A DNA stretch of 32,000 bases, from NCBI RefSeq assembly GCF_000008645.1, contig NC_000916.1, positions 780,001-812,000 on the forward strand, read 5' to 3'. The notes beneath the pieces were generated by a model. It saw only the letters and a program-made list of their open reading frames with translations. It was not told where the DNA came from and made no database searches. This DNA comes from Methanothermobacter thermautotrophicus str. Delta H. Its GTDB lineage: Archaea > Methanobacteriota > Methanobacteria > Methanobacteriales > Methanothermobacteraceae. The translations under genes were made by a program, and so were the position numbers. Position 1 is the stretch's first letter, and each line of letters opens with the position of its first letter. Below are positions 1 through 7,216 of this stretch, piece by piece.

Positions 1-314
1 TCGATGAACTCATAGAGGATATCCGGAATGGTGTCTACCTGAGGGGTTCAAGGGGGGGCCAGGTGGATACCGGTAAGGGCATCTTCCAGTTCAATGCTGC
101 TGAGTCATTCCGTATACAGGATGGTGAAATTGCAGAACCCGTCAAGGATGTCTCCCTCTCAGGAAACGTCCTGGAGACCCTCAAAAATGTTGACGGGGTT
201 GGTTCAGACTTCAGGCTGGGGATTGGCTTCTGCGGGAAATCCGGGCAGAGCGTCCCTGTGGGCGATGGGGGCCCCCACGTGAGGATAAGGAATGCCATGG
301 TGGGTGGAACATGA
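1..314 (+). CDS. tldD: TldD/PmbA-family protein, C-terminal fragment (5' end outside window; in frame from nt 3)
   Basis: The open frame runs from the window edge to TGA at 312-314. The C-terminal pattern ...[28 protein letters not shown] matches the conserved TldD C-terminus (CGK-GQ-PV...VGG). ATGA overlap with the next gene. Confidence 0.75.
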   Translation, partial: DELIEDIRNGVYLRGSRGGQVDTGKGIFQFNAAESFRIQDGEIAEPVKDVSLSGNVLETLKNVDGVGSDFRLGIGFCGKSGQSVPVGDGGPHVRIRNAMVGGT

Positions 315-889
315 AGTACGCGCCATTATCCCGGGATGAAGGTAGAACTCTTGTTAAAATCGCGAGGATGGCCATAGAGGAGCACCTGCGTGGATCAAAA
401 AACCTCAGACTCCCTGATGATCTCCCTGATGTTTTCAGGCAAAGAAGAGGAGTTTTCGTTACACTTGAGAAGAAAGGGAATCTGAGGGGATGTATAGGTT
501 ATCCAGAACCGGTGAAACCCCTGATAGATGCCCTTATTGAGGCCGCCATATCTGCTGCGACAGGTGACCCCAGATTTCCCCCTGTTAAACCTGAGGAGCT
601 CGATGATATAGATGTTGAGGTCAGTGTACTGACACCACCGGAGCCCCTTGAGGTTGAAAGCCCGGCAGATTACCCCAGCCTCATAAGGGTCGGTGTCGAC
701 GGTCTGATCGTTGAGAGGGGATGGGCCAGGGGACTTCTCCTTCCACAGGTCGCCACGGAGTGGGGCTGGGACGCTGAGGAGTTCCTCTGCAACACATGTA
801 TGAAGGCGGGTCTTCCGCCAGACTGCTTCTATGACCCTGAAACCAGAGTCTACAGGTTCCAGGCCCAGATATTCCATGAAGATGGTTAA
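311..889 (+). CDS. AMMECR1-domain protein
   Basis: 192 aa. The motif [22 protein letters not shown] and a later LLPQV are typical of the AMMECR1 family. The start ATG overlaps the upstream stop (ATGA). Confidence 0.85.
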   Translation: MKYAPLSRDEGRTLVKIARMAIEEHLRGSKNLRLPDDLPDVFRQRRGVFVTLEKKGNLRGCIGYPEPVKPLIDALIEAAISAATGDPRFPPVKPEELDDIDVEVSVLTPPEPLEVESPADYPSLIRVGVDGLIVERGWARGLLLPQVATEWGWDAEEFLCNTCMKAGLPPDCFYDPETRVYRFQAQIFHEDG

Positions 890-990
890 AGTTCATGCTG
901 AAGCTAACTGCTCATGAGGGGATTAAAGATATCTCCGCACATCAAGATAAATAGATCCACAGAAGTTACAGGTTTAATGAGAGTGATTTT

Positions 991-2001
991 ATGATCATAC
1001 CCACAGTTCCAACAACAGATGAACTTCTTGATAAGGGATTCCGGAGGGCCAGGAAGGCCGCGTCCCTTAAACGGAGTTCAAAGATTCCTGGCCAGAAGAA
1101 GGCCAAGGTTATTGAGTCAACACGTGTCCAGACAGCATGTCAGGTCATAAGGGACCGGTTGAAGATGATAATCCAGAGAATACCTGATATAGAGTCCCTT
1201 CCAGAGTTCTACCAGGACTATATAGACGTGACCGTGGGGGTCGATGAACTCAAAAAATCCCTCGGGGCACTTAACTGGGCTGTTGGAATACTTAACCAGC
1301 TGGAATCTGATTACATGGCCCGTATAAAACGTTCAAAACCGTCTGATGCATCCCATCTGAGGCGGGAGGCCTTCGGCAGGATATCATCAGTGATAAAGAG
1401 GATCGAGGGCGACCTTGATTTTCTTGACTTTGCAAAGAATAAGTTGAGAAACATGCCCACAGTGGACCTTGACGCCTTCACGGTCGTTATAGCAGGCTTC
1501 CCCAACGTTGGAAAATCCACACTCCTCAGGACCCTCACCGGTGCAGAGCCTGAGGTGGCAGATTACCCCTTCACCACCAAGGGGATCCAGATAGGTCACC
1601 TTGAGCGGAAATGGAAGAGGATACAGGTTATAGACACACCGGGGCTCCTGGACAGACCGGTTGAGGATATGAACAACATAGAACTCCAGGCCATGGTTGC
1701 CCTTGAGAACATAGCAGATGTGATAATGTTCATCTTTGACGCCTCTGAAACATGTGGATACACCCTTGAAAGCCAGTACAGCCTTTACCTCGGCATAAGG
1801 AGCGTCTTTGACATCCCTGTGGTCACGGTCTTCAACAAGATGGATCTTGCAGAAAATGTTAAGTATCTGGAAGAATATATTAATATGGTTGAAGATCCAC
1901 TGAAAGTTTCTGCATTCGAGGGCAGAGGGGTCTCCAAGATAATAAAAAAACTGGAGGGGTTATATGAAAAAGAAACTCGAGAAGCCCATGACAATGTTTG
2001 A
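991..2001 (+). CDS. NOG1/Obg-like GTP-binding protein
   Basis: 336 aa. G1 GFPNVGKS, G3 DTPGLLDR and G4 NKMD are present. The helical N-terminal domain resembles archaeal NOG1-family GTPases. Confidence 0.8.
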   Translation: MIIPTVPTTDELLDKGFRRARKAASLKRSSKIPGQKKAKVIESTRVQTACQVIRDRLKMIIQRIPDIESLPEFYQDYIDVTVGVDELKKSLGALNWAVGILNQLESDYMARIKRSKPSDASHLRREAFGRISSVIKRIEGDLDFLDFAKNKLRNMPTVDLDAFTVVIAGFPNVGKSTLLRTLTGAEPEVADYPFTTKGIQIGHLERKWKRIQVIDTPGLLDRPVEDMNNIELQAMVALENIADVIMFIFDASETCGYTLESQYSLYLGIRSVFDIPVVTVFNKMDLAENVKYLEEYINMVEDPLKVSAFEGRGVSKIIKKLEGLYEKETREAHDNV

Positions 2002-2431
2002 GAAAAGAAGGCTGATGGCTGAGAAGATGATGGAAGACATGATAAAGAACATGAGGGAGATGCAGAAAGAGTTCGAGAAGAAAATCGCAGAGTACGCAGA
2101 GAACATACCTGAAAAACTCAGCATGGACGTCATGGAAACAGATGATGCCATAATCATCAAAACCGACCTTCCAGGTGTTAAGAAGGAGGACATCAACATA
2201 GAACTGACCGAAAACACCATATCCATATCAGCAGTCTTTGAGGAGGAAGTCGAAATCAAAGAGGCTGATTTCATCAAGAAGGAAAGGAAGTACGGTGAAG
2301 CAAAAAGGGAGATGAGGCTACCTGAAAAGATCAGGGTTGAAGATGCCAGTGCAAAGTTTGAAAACGGTGTCCTCACAGTTGAACTTCCAAAGGTTGAGGT
2401 CAAGAAGAAACAGACCTTAAAGGTGGAATAA
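1964..2431 (+). CDS. hsp20: small heat shock protein, Hsp20/alpha-crystallin family
   Basis: 155 aa. Alpha-crystallin domain signatures are present ([30 protein letters not shown]). GGAGGGG lies 4 nt upstream of ATG 1964. It overlaps the 3' end of the GTPase gene by 38 nt. Confidence 0.85.
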   Translation: MKKKLEKPMTMFEKRRLMAEKMMEDMIKNMREMQKEFEKKIAEYAENIPEKLSMDVMETDDAIIIKTDLPGVKKEDINIELTENTISISAVFEEEVEIKEADFIKKERKYGEAKREMRLPEKIRVEDASAKFENGVLTVELPKVEVKKKQTLKVE

Positions 2432-2445
2432 AACCACCAAACTCA

Positions 2446-2451
2446 TTTTTT
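2446..2451 (+). terminator. oligo-T tract (T6) 15 nt after the hsp20 stop
   Basis: Archaeal terminators are typically oligo-T runs. T6 was seen directly at 2446-2451. Confidence 0.4.
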
Positions 2452-2741
2452 CAGGAAAACCCGTGCAAAAAGCGAAGGTTGAAGGGAACCCGCCAGCAGT
2501 TCATCTGGAGATCATATTAACTGCTCACTGACCCTCCTAATTTTACAGTTCACCTAGGATATAAGGAAACAGCTCTATAGAAATCACACAGAAGCCCCCC
2601 AGCGGGGTACATCCAGCAGGATATGGGAAAAATCTATAGAAATAACCCTCACACTGGCATCATACCCCTAACAACCATTTACAGGATCGTGAGTTCTCTG
2701 AATAGTTTTAGGCTATGGCCTGGTCTCAGATCTTCTTCATC

Positions 2742-2834
2742 GGATGCCGTCTAACGTGCATCTGTGTTCTTCACCTCAGATAGCAGAGTGAGAGCCCCTA
2801 GTTATGGATACCGTCTAACGTGCATCTGTGTTCT
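2742..2834. repeat. two copies of a 29-nt direct repeat ggat[g/a]ccgtctaacgtgcatctgtgttct (2742-2770 and 2806-2834)
   Basis: Read directly. 28/29 identical, 64-bp period, inside an ORF-free convergent spacer. Confidence 0.85.
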
Positions 2835-2873
2835 CTGAAGCAGAACATTGGGGTCAGTACTGCTGGTCCTGCC

Positions 2874-2880
2874 AAAAAAA
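2874..2880 (-). terminator. oligo-T tract (T7 on minus strand) 15 nt after the SIS-gene stop
   Basis: A7 on the plus strand at 2874-2880 is T7 on the coding strand of the 2895-3899 gene. Confidence 0.45.
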
Positions 2881-2894
2881 TGTGCTGGATGGGG

Positions 2895-3899
2895 CTAGTA
2901 TCTCACCTTACCTATGTGCCTGGTACTGCCTGGGTCCTCCCCGTTGAAATGGGCGAGGTAGTACACGAACCATTCGAGGGGAACTGCAAGTACAAAGGGT
3001 GACATGAGCCCGTTAAGGTCAGAGTAATCTGACATCCGGAATACAAGGTTCTCAGCGCCCAGCTTCTCACAGAAACGCAGGGCCCTCTCTGTCAGCTCAT
3101 CACCTGGCAGCCCAGATTCAAGGAATATAACCGGGACCCCCTCCTCAACCCTTTCAATGAGTCCGTGTCTGAATTCTCCAGAATAGAGTGGACAGGAATG
3201 CTTCAGGGCACCCTCCATGAGCATCGTCATTGCGAGTTTGTAGGCCAGTCCATAGTTAGGACCGCTCCCCATACAGTAGAATATATCCTCACCGGAATAT
3301 TCCTCTGCAAGATCCCTGCACTCAACCTCTGTTCTCCTCAGCAGATCCTCAACCTCACCGGGTAGTTTCTCAAGTTCTCCCATTATCTCATCCGATTTTT
3401 CATCACTGTACATCCCGAAGAGTATCCTGTAGAGGGCCAGGAGCTGTGTCATGTAGGTCTTGGTGCCAAGTATTGCCTCCTCACGTCCGCATCGGGTCAC
3501 TATGGTCTCCATGGATTCAGATGCCATGGTGCTGCCGGGTTCATTGGTTATGGTAACGGTTCTGAGTCCGAGTTCATTCGCCCTCCTGAGTGCTGCGAGG
3601 GTATCCGCGGTCTCACCCGACTGTGAGGTGAATATGACTGCAGAGTCACTGTAATCAATCTGTCTGTGATAGTAGAACTCATAGCCAGTCATAACATCCA
3701 TGTTGACCTCATAGTTCATGGCGATTGCATCCCTTGCACTGTAACAGGTTGAAAGTGAGCTGCCACACCCAACAAGGTATATACGTCTGCATTCCAGTAT
3801 TTCATTGGATATACGTGCCATTCTGTCCCCTTCAGACTTCAGGGTCCTCCTAAGAGACTCTGGCTGCTCCATGAGTTCATTGAACATCCCATACTTCAT
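2895..3899 (-). CDS. SIS-domain sugar-phosphate isomerase/deaminase related to the GlmS isomerase half (no glutaminase domain)
   Basis: 334 aa. Two SIS-type segments are present ([34 protein letters not shown], then [17 protein letters not shown]). There is no N-terminal Cys-glutaminase domain. ATGA overlap with upstream ThiN. Confidence 0.8.
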   Translation of the reverse strand: MKYGMFNELMEQPESLRRTLKSEGDRMARISNEILECRRIYLVGCGSSLSTCYSARDAIAMNYEVNMDVMTGYEFYYHRQIDYSDSAVIFTSQSGETADTLAALRRANELGLRTVTITNEPGSTMASESMETIVTRCGREEAILGTKTYMTQLLALYRILFGMYSDEKSDEIMGELEKLPGEVEDLLRRTEVECRDLAEEYSGEDIFYCMGSGPNYGLAYKLAMTMLMEGALKHSCPLYSGEFRHGLIERVEEGVPVIFLESGLPGDELTERALRFCEKLGAENLVFRMSDYSDLNGLMSPFVLAVPLEWFVYYLAHFNGEDPGSTRHIGKVRY

Positions 3900-4468
3900 C
3901 TTGTATCCCCCTTTAAACTTTTATATTTCCTGAGTATCTTGATAGCAAGCTCTGCAACTTCAACAGCATCCCTGCCGGTGAGTACTATCATGGGCTCCTT
4001 ACCCCATGCCCCCCTGTGGTATATGACGTCTGGAGGGGACTCTGAGTTCCTGAGGGCCTCCTCAACACCCCATGGTATGCTGCCTCCCTCAGTATCCCTC
4101 ACACTGTCGGGTTCCCTGCTGCGGTCATAGGATGAGACCACAAGACCCATATCCTCACATATACTGATTATACTCTCATCAAATTTAATATTAAGTGCAC
4201 TTCTTCTCCCCGGGAGGTGTTCATTAAGGGCTATTATGAAGCGGGCCATGTGCGAGGAAGCCCCGTATTCAGGGTCGCGGCACGCGAAGGCCCTTCCCTG
4301 AAACTCAGTGATCCTCCCCGGGACCGCAACAACATCCTCTGGACCGCAGGGATTACTCCTCGCCATTACAATATTTGACCTCACCTCAGGTATGAGGATT
4401 CCAAAGTCCTCTGCAGAGGAGATCATCTCAAGAGCCCTTCTAACATTTTCTATCTCCATGATCATCAC
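3896..4468 (-). CDS. thiN: ThiN-type thiamine-phosphate synthase domain protein (stand-alone)
   Basis: 190 aa. [20 protein letters not shown] and [11 protein letters not shown] match my recollection of the ThiN domain of archaeal ThiDN. Start candidates are GTG 4468, ATG 4465 and ATG 4459. Confidence 0.65.
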   Translation of the reverse strand: MMIMEIENVRRALEMISSAEDFGILIPEVRSNIVMARSNPCGPEDVVAVPGRITEFQGRAFACRDPEYGASSHMARFIIALNEHLPGRRSALNIKFDESIISICEDMGLVVSSYDRSREPDSVRDTEGGSIPWGVEEALRNSESPPDVIYHRGAWGKEPMIVLTGRDAVEVAELAIKILRKYKSLKGDTR

Positions 4469-4511
4469 TCAAGAGAATATTTACAGTAAGAAAAGTTATA
4501 TGTGGATCAGT

Positions 4512-4526
4512 AATTTATAATTATAA
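4512..4526 (+). promoter_or_regulatory. TATA-like element aatttataattataa in the divergent spacer upstream of the 4542 gene
   Basis: An AT-rich TATA-like box lies 16-30 nt upstream of ATG 4542. GAGGTG at 4531-4536 could act as an SD if a more distal start site is used. Confidence 0.3.
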
Positions 4527-4541
4527 TCTTGAGGTGTTCAC

Positions 4542-5003
4542 ATGGAGAAGTTAAAGGAATTCAGGGGTATAAAGGAGCATCTCGGTGTATTCCGGGAGGC
4601 AGTTAAGGATGCTGAGAGAATAGGCTTTGCAGGAGTTCCCGGGGTATGCACACCCTTCGCCCAGCTATTCGCATACGCTGTGCGGGACAAGGATAACATA
4701 TTCATACCCAATACAGATTTCAGTAAGGCCAGAAAGCTCGAAGTAACTGAATATGGTGTTGAACTCGGCGAAATAAGCCCTGGGAATGTGGACGTTCTTG
4801 TACTCCTCGGGGGCCTCTCAATGCCAGGTATAGGCTCAGACATCGAGGATGTTAAAAAACTGGTTGAAGATGCCCTGGAAGAAGGAGGAGAGCTTATGGG
4901 GCTCTGCTACATGGACATGTTCGCCAGGGCTGGCTGGTACGAGCTCCTTGACTTTGACTGTGTTATCAATGCAGACATAGATGGTTACGTCCTCAGGGGC
5001 TGA
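4542..5003 (+). CDS. conserved archaeal hypothetical protein (resembles the methanogen DUF2124 family, from memory)
   Basis: 153 aa with native-like codon usage. GAGGTG lies 5 nt upstream of the ATG. No catalytic motif recognised. Confidence 0.6.
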   Translation: MEKLKEFRGIKEHLGVFREAVKDAERIGFAGVPGVCTPFAQLFAYAVRDKDNIFIPNTDFSKARKLEVTEYGVELGEISPGNVDVLVLLGGLSMPGIGSDIEDVKKLVEDALEEGGELMGLCYMDMFARAGWYELLDFDCVINADIDGYVLRG

Positions 5004-5684
<681 letters not shown>

Positions 5685-5792
5685 GATTGCTGCCCCATGA
5701 AAAGTAACTAACCCCTATCAGGGCACGAGAACATCCACAAATTCAAATATAACTATTGTTTATTAGAAATATATACTAAACCGTCATTAAAA

Positions 5793-5805
5793 TGTACTAA
5801 GTACA
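5793..5805. promoter_or_regulatory. 13-bp palindrome tgtact-a-agtaca abutting a TATA-like ttttatac (5807-5814), upstream of the wHTH gene
   Basis: A perfect 6+1+6 inverted repeat read directly. Its position next to a TATA-like box suggests an operator. No experimental support. Confidence 0.25.
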
Positions 5806-5878
5806 GTTTTATACACAAATATGACTTAAAAGGTCAAGAAAGAAACCTTTAATACTATCTAAATCAATAAAATAATTT

Positions 5879-6631
5879 ATGGAAAATCTAAATAAAATGG
5901 ATAATCCTGAATTCTATGATGCCCGAATGAAATTAGAAGCTATACATCAGGATATCAAGCGTTTGATGGAAAAATCTAATCAAGAATACCTTGATTTAAT
6001 GCTAAGCAACTTAAAAAAGGATATTTTGAATTCAGTATCTGTTTATATTTCTGATGATATTGAAAATGATTTAGAACAAAATATGGTTAATCCCTGTAAG
6101 ATGCGGGAAACCTGTAAAGAGAAATTTAACGGATTTCTACAAAATAATTCTAAACTTATAAAACAGGAACATGTTTCCAAAGAAATTATAGAAGAGAAAA
6201 GAGAGGAATTAGATGAAATAAGGAAAAGTGCTCCTTTTGATAAATGTGATATTTGTTTTAAGGAAGTAGACTCACTATTTGATAAGCAAATAAATCTAAT
6301 TGGCTCTCTACAAATATATGACAATAATAAAGAGGATAAAACTGAGATATCTTCTATTCCTGAAGAAATTATGGTTAAGAGTGTTCTTGAACCTATTTCT
6401 AATAAACAGAGACTTCAAATTCTTAAATCTATGGCCTCTGAAACCATGACATTCACTGCTCTTTCAGAACTTACAGGGCTTCGTGGTGGTAATTTACTTT
6501 TCCACATACAAAAATTACTTGAAAGTGACTTGATATTGCAGCGTCATGAACGTGGAGATTATATGATTACTGAAAAAGGATATAATCTACTCATAATGCT
6601 CAGTAATTTTAAAAAATATTTGAAAAAATAA
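5879..6631 (+). CDS. ArsR-like winged-helix transcriptional regulator with a long helical N-terminal domain carrying four Cys (C-x5-C ... C-x2-C)
   Basis: 250 aa. The C-terminal segment NKQRLQILKSMASETMTFTALSELTGLRGGNLLFHIQKLLESDLILQRHERGDYMITEKG fits the ArsR/SmtB-type wHTH pattern. The N-terminal ~170 aa are K/E/L-rich with CKMRETC and CDIC. Composition and codon usage are AT-rich, unlike the flanks. Confidence 0.7.
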   Translation: MENLNKMDNPEFYDARMKLEAIHQDIKRLMEKSNQEYLDLMLSNLKKDILNSVSVYISDDIENDLEQNMVNPCKMRETCKEKFNGFLQNNSKLIKQEHVSKEIIEEKREELDEIRKSAPFDKCDICFKEVDSLFDKQINLIGSLQIYDNNKEDKTEISSIPEEIMVKSVLEPISNKQRLQILKSMASETMTFTALSELTGLRGGNLLFHIQKLLESDLILQRHERGDYMITEKGYNLLIMLSNFKKYLKK

Positions 6632-6649
6632 TCGTTTCAGAACTATTAT

Positions 6650-6682
6650 CCCCTCCGGTTGAACTATTGAAAACTGGAGGGG
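6650..6682. terminator. GC-rich stem-loop CCCCTCCGGTT-(11 nt)-AACTGGAGGGG between convergent genes
   Basis: An 11-bp stem (one G-U pair) at 6650-6660 / 6672-6682, 19 nt after the 5879-6631 stop. It stands out in AT-rich DNA and could terminate transcripts from either side. Confidence 0.45.
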
Positions 6683-6767
6683 GGGCATTCTTAAAATCAA
6701 TTGAAAATTATTGATTGTTTAATATTTAATCTGTAGTGAAAGCAGTAGGACTTAATATTACTGCAAA

Positions 6768-6881
6768 TTATTCTATTTTTCCAGCAAAATAATCTAACCA
6801 AACGCACATACATTCATTATATGACGGACATTCAGTACAACGGGACTTATGCTTATTTTCTTTACTATTGGGCTTATCCAT
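6768..6881 (-). CDS. candidate micro-protein, 37 aa, Cys-rich: MDKPNSKENKHKSRCTECPSYNECMCVWLDYFAGKIE (not in supplied ORF track)
   Basis: Hand translation gives ATG 6881-6879 and TAA 6770-6768. GGAG (6893-6890) lies 8 nt upstream. AT-rich TATA-like sequence sits at 6901-6925, and an oligo-T terminator of the upstream gene precedes it. A hairpin gcagta/tactgc follows the stop. The size is below reliable gene-calling limits. Confidence 0.35.
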   Translation of the reverse strand: MDKPNSKENKHKSRCTECPSYNECMCVWLDYFAGKIE

Positions 6882-6930
6882 TTTAATTTCTCCATTAAAA
6901 CCTATTATAAGATAATAATTAATTATCCTT

Positions 6931-6951
6931 AAAAAAGAAAAGAAAGAAAAA
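6931..6951 (-). terminator. extended oligo-T region (TTTTTCTTTCTTTTCTTTTTT on minus strand) 20 nt after the MTH865-like stop
   Basis: Read directly. There are multiple T4-T6 runs on the coding strand. Confidence 0.55.
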
Positions 6952-6970
6952 GTAGGAAGTCGATTTTGGC

Positions 6971-7216
6971 TTATAATCCTGCTTTGTTCACTATAGTATC
7001 TGCAACTTCTTCAGCACTTTTAAATGGAAAATCATCAGCAGTAAGTACTTGTCCAGCATCAGATGCTTTTAATTCTACATCTCCAGATTTACAAGTAGTA
7101 TCTGGACCGTTTGGAAGCGCTGCCATTAGTTCTTCTGGTGAATTTATTGGGAAATCGGCTCCTGCTAATGCTCCTATAATTTGTCCACGAATATCTTCTT
7201 TAACTCCCATTTTCAC
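6971..7216 (-). CDS. MTH865-like family small protein (function unknown)
   Basis: 81 aa from GTG 7216. The more likely start is ATG 7210 with GGAG 8 nt upstream, giving 79 aa. The sequence ...DFPINSPEELMAALPNGPDTTCKSGDVELKASDAGQVLTADDFPFKSAEEVADTIV matches my recollection of the MTH865 structural-genomics family. AT-rich codon usage. Confidence 0.75.
   Translation of the reverse strand: MKMGVKEDIRGQIIGALAGADFPINSPEELMAALPNGPDTTCKSGDVELKASDAGQVLTADDFPFKSAEEVADTIVNKAGL

Noticed and set aside
1960-2403. 147-aa minus-strand ORF
   Set aside because: It is antisense to hsp20. The S/F/M-rich low-complexity product is typical of the reverse frame of a K/E-rich gene.
2623-2754. 43-codon plus-strand ORF (MGKIYRNNPHTG...) in the long spacer
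   Set aside because: It has no SD-like motif or TATA box upstream and an unremarkable composition. It ends inside the first 29-nt repeat. It is kept only as a remote possibility.
2742-2834. Possible CRISPR array or C/D-box sRNA formed by the 29-nt repeats
   Set aside because: There are only two copies, and the 35-nt spacer-like interval is not followed by further units. No cas genes are in the window. On the minus strand the TGAAGA/CTGA elements do not have the 12-nt guide spacing or the canonical RUGAUGA C box of archaeal C/D sRNAs.
4469-4541. TPP riboswitch upstream of thiN
   Set aside because: The spacer is only 73 bp and mostly AT-rich promoter sequence, which is too short for a THI-box fold. 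I saw no conserved CUGAGA element.
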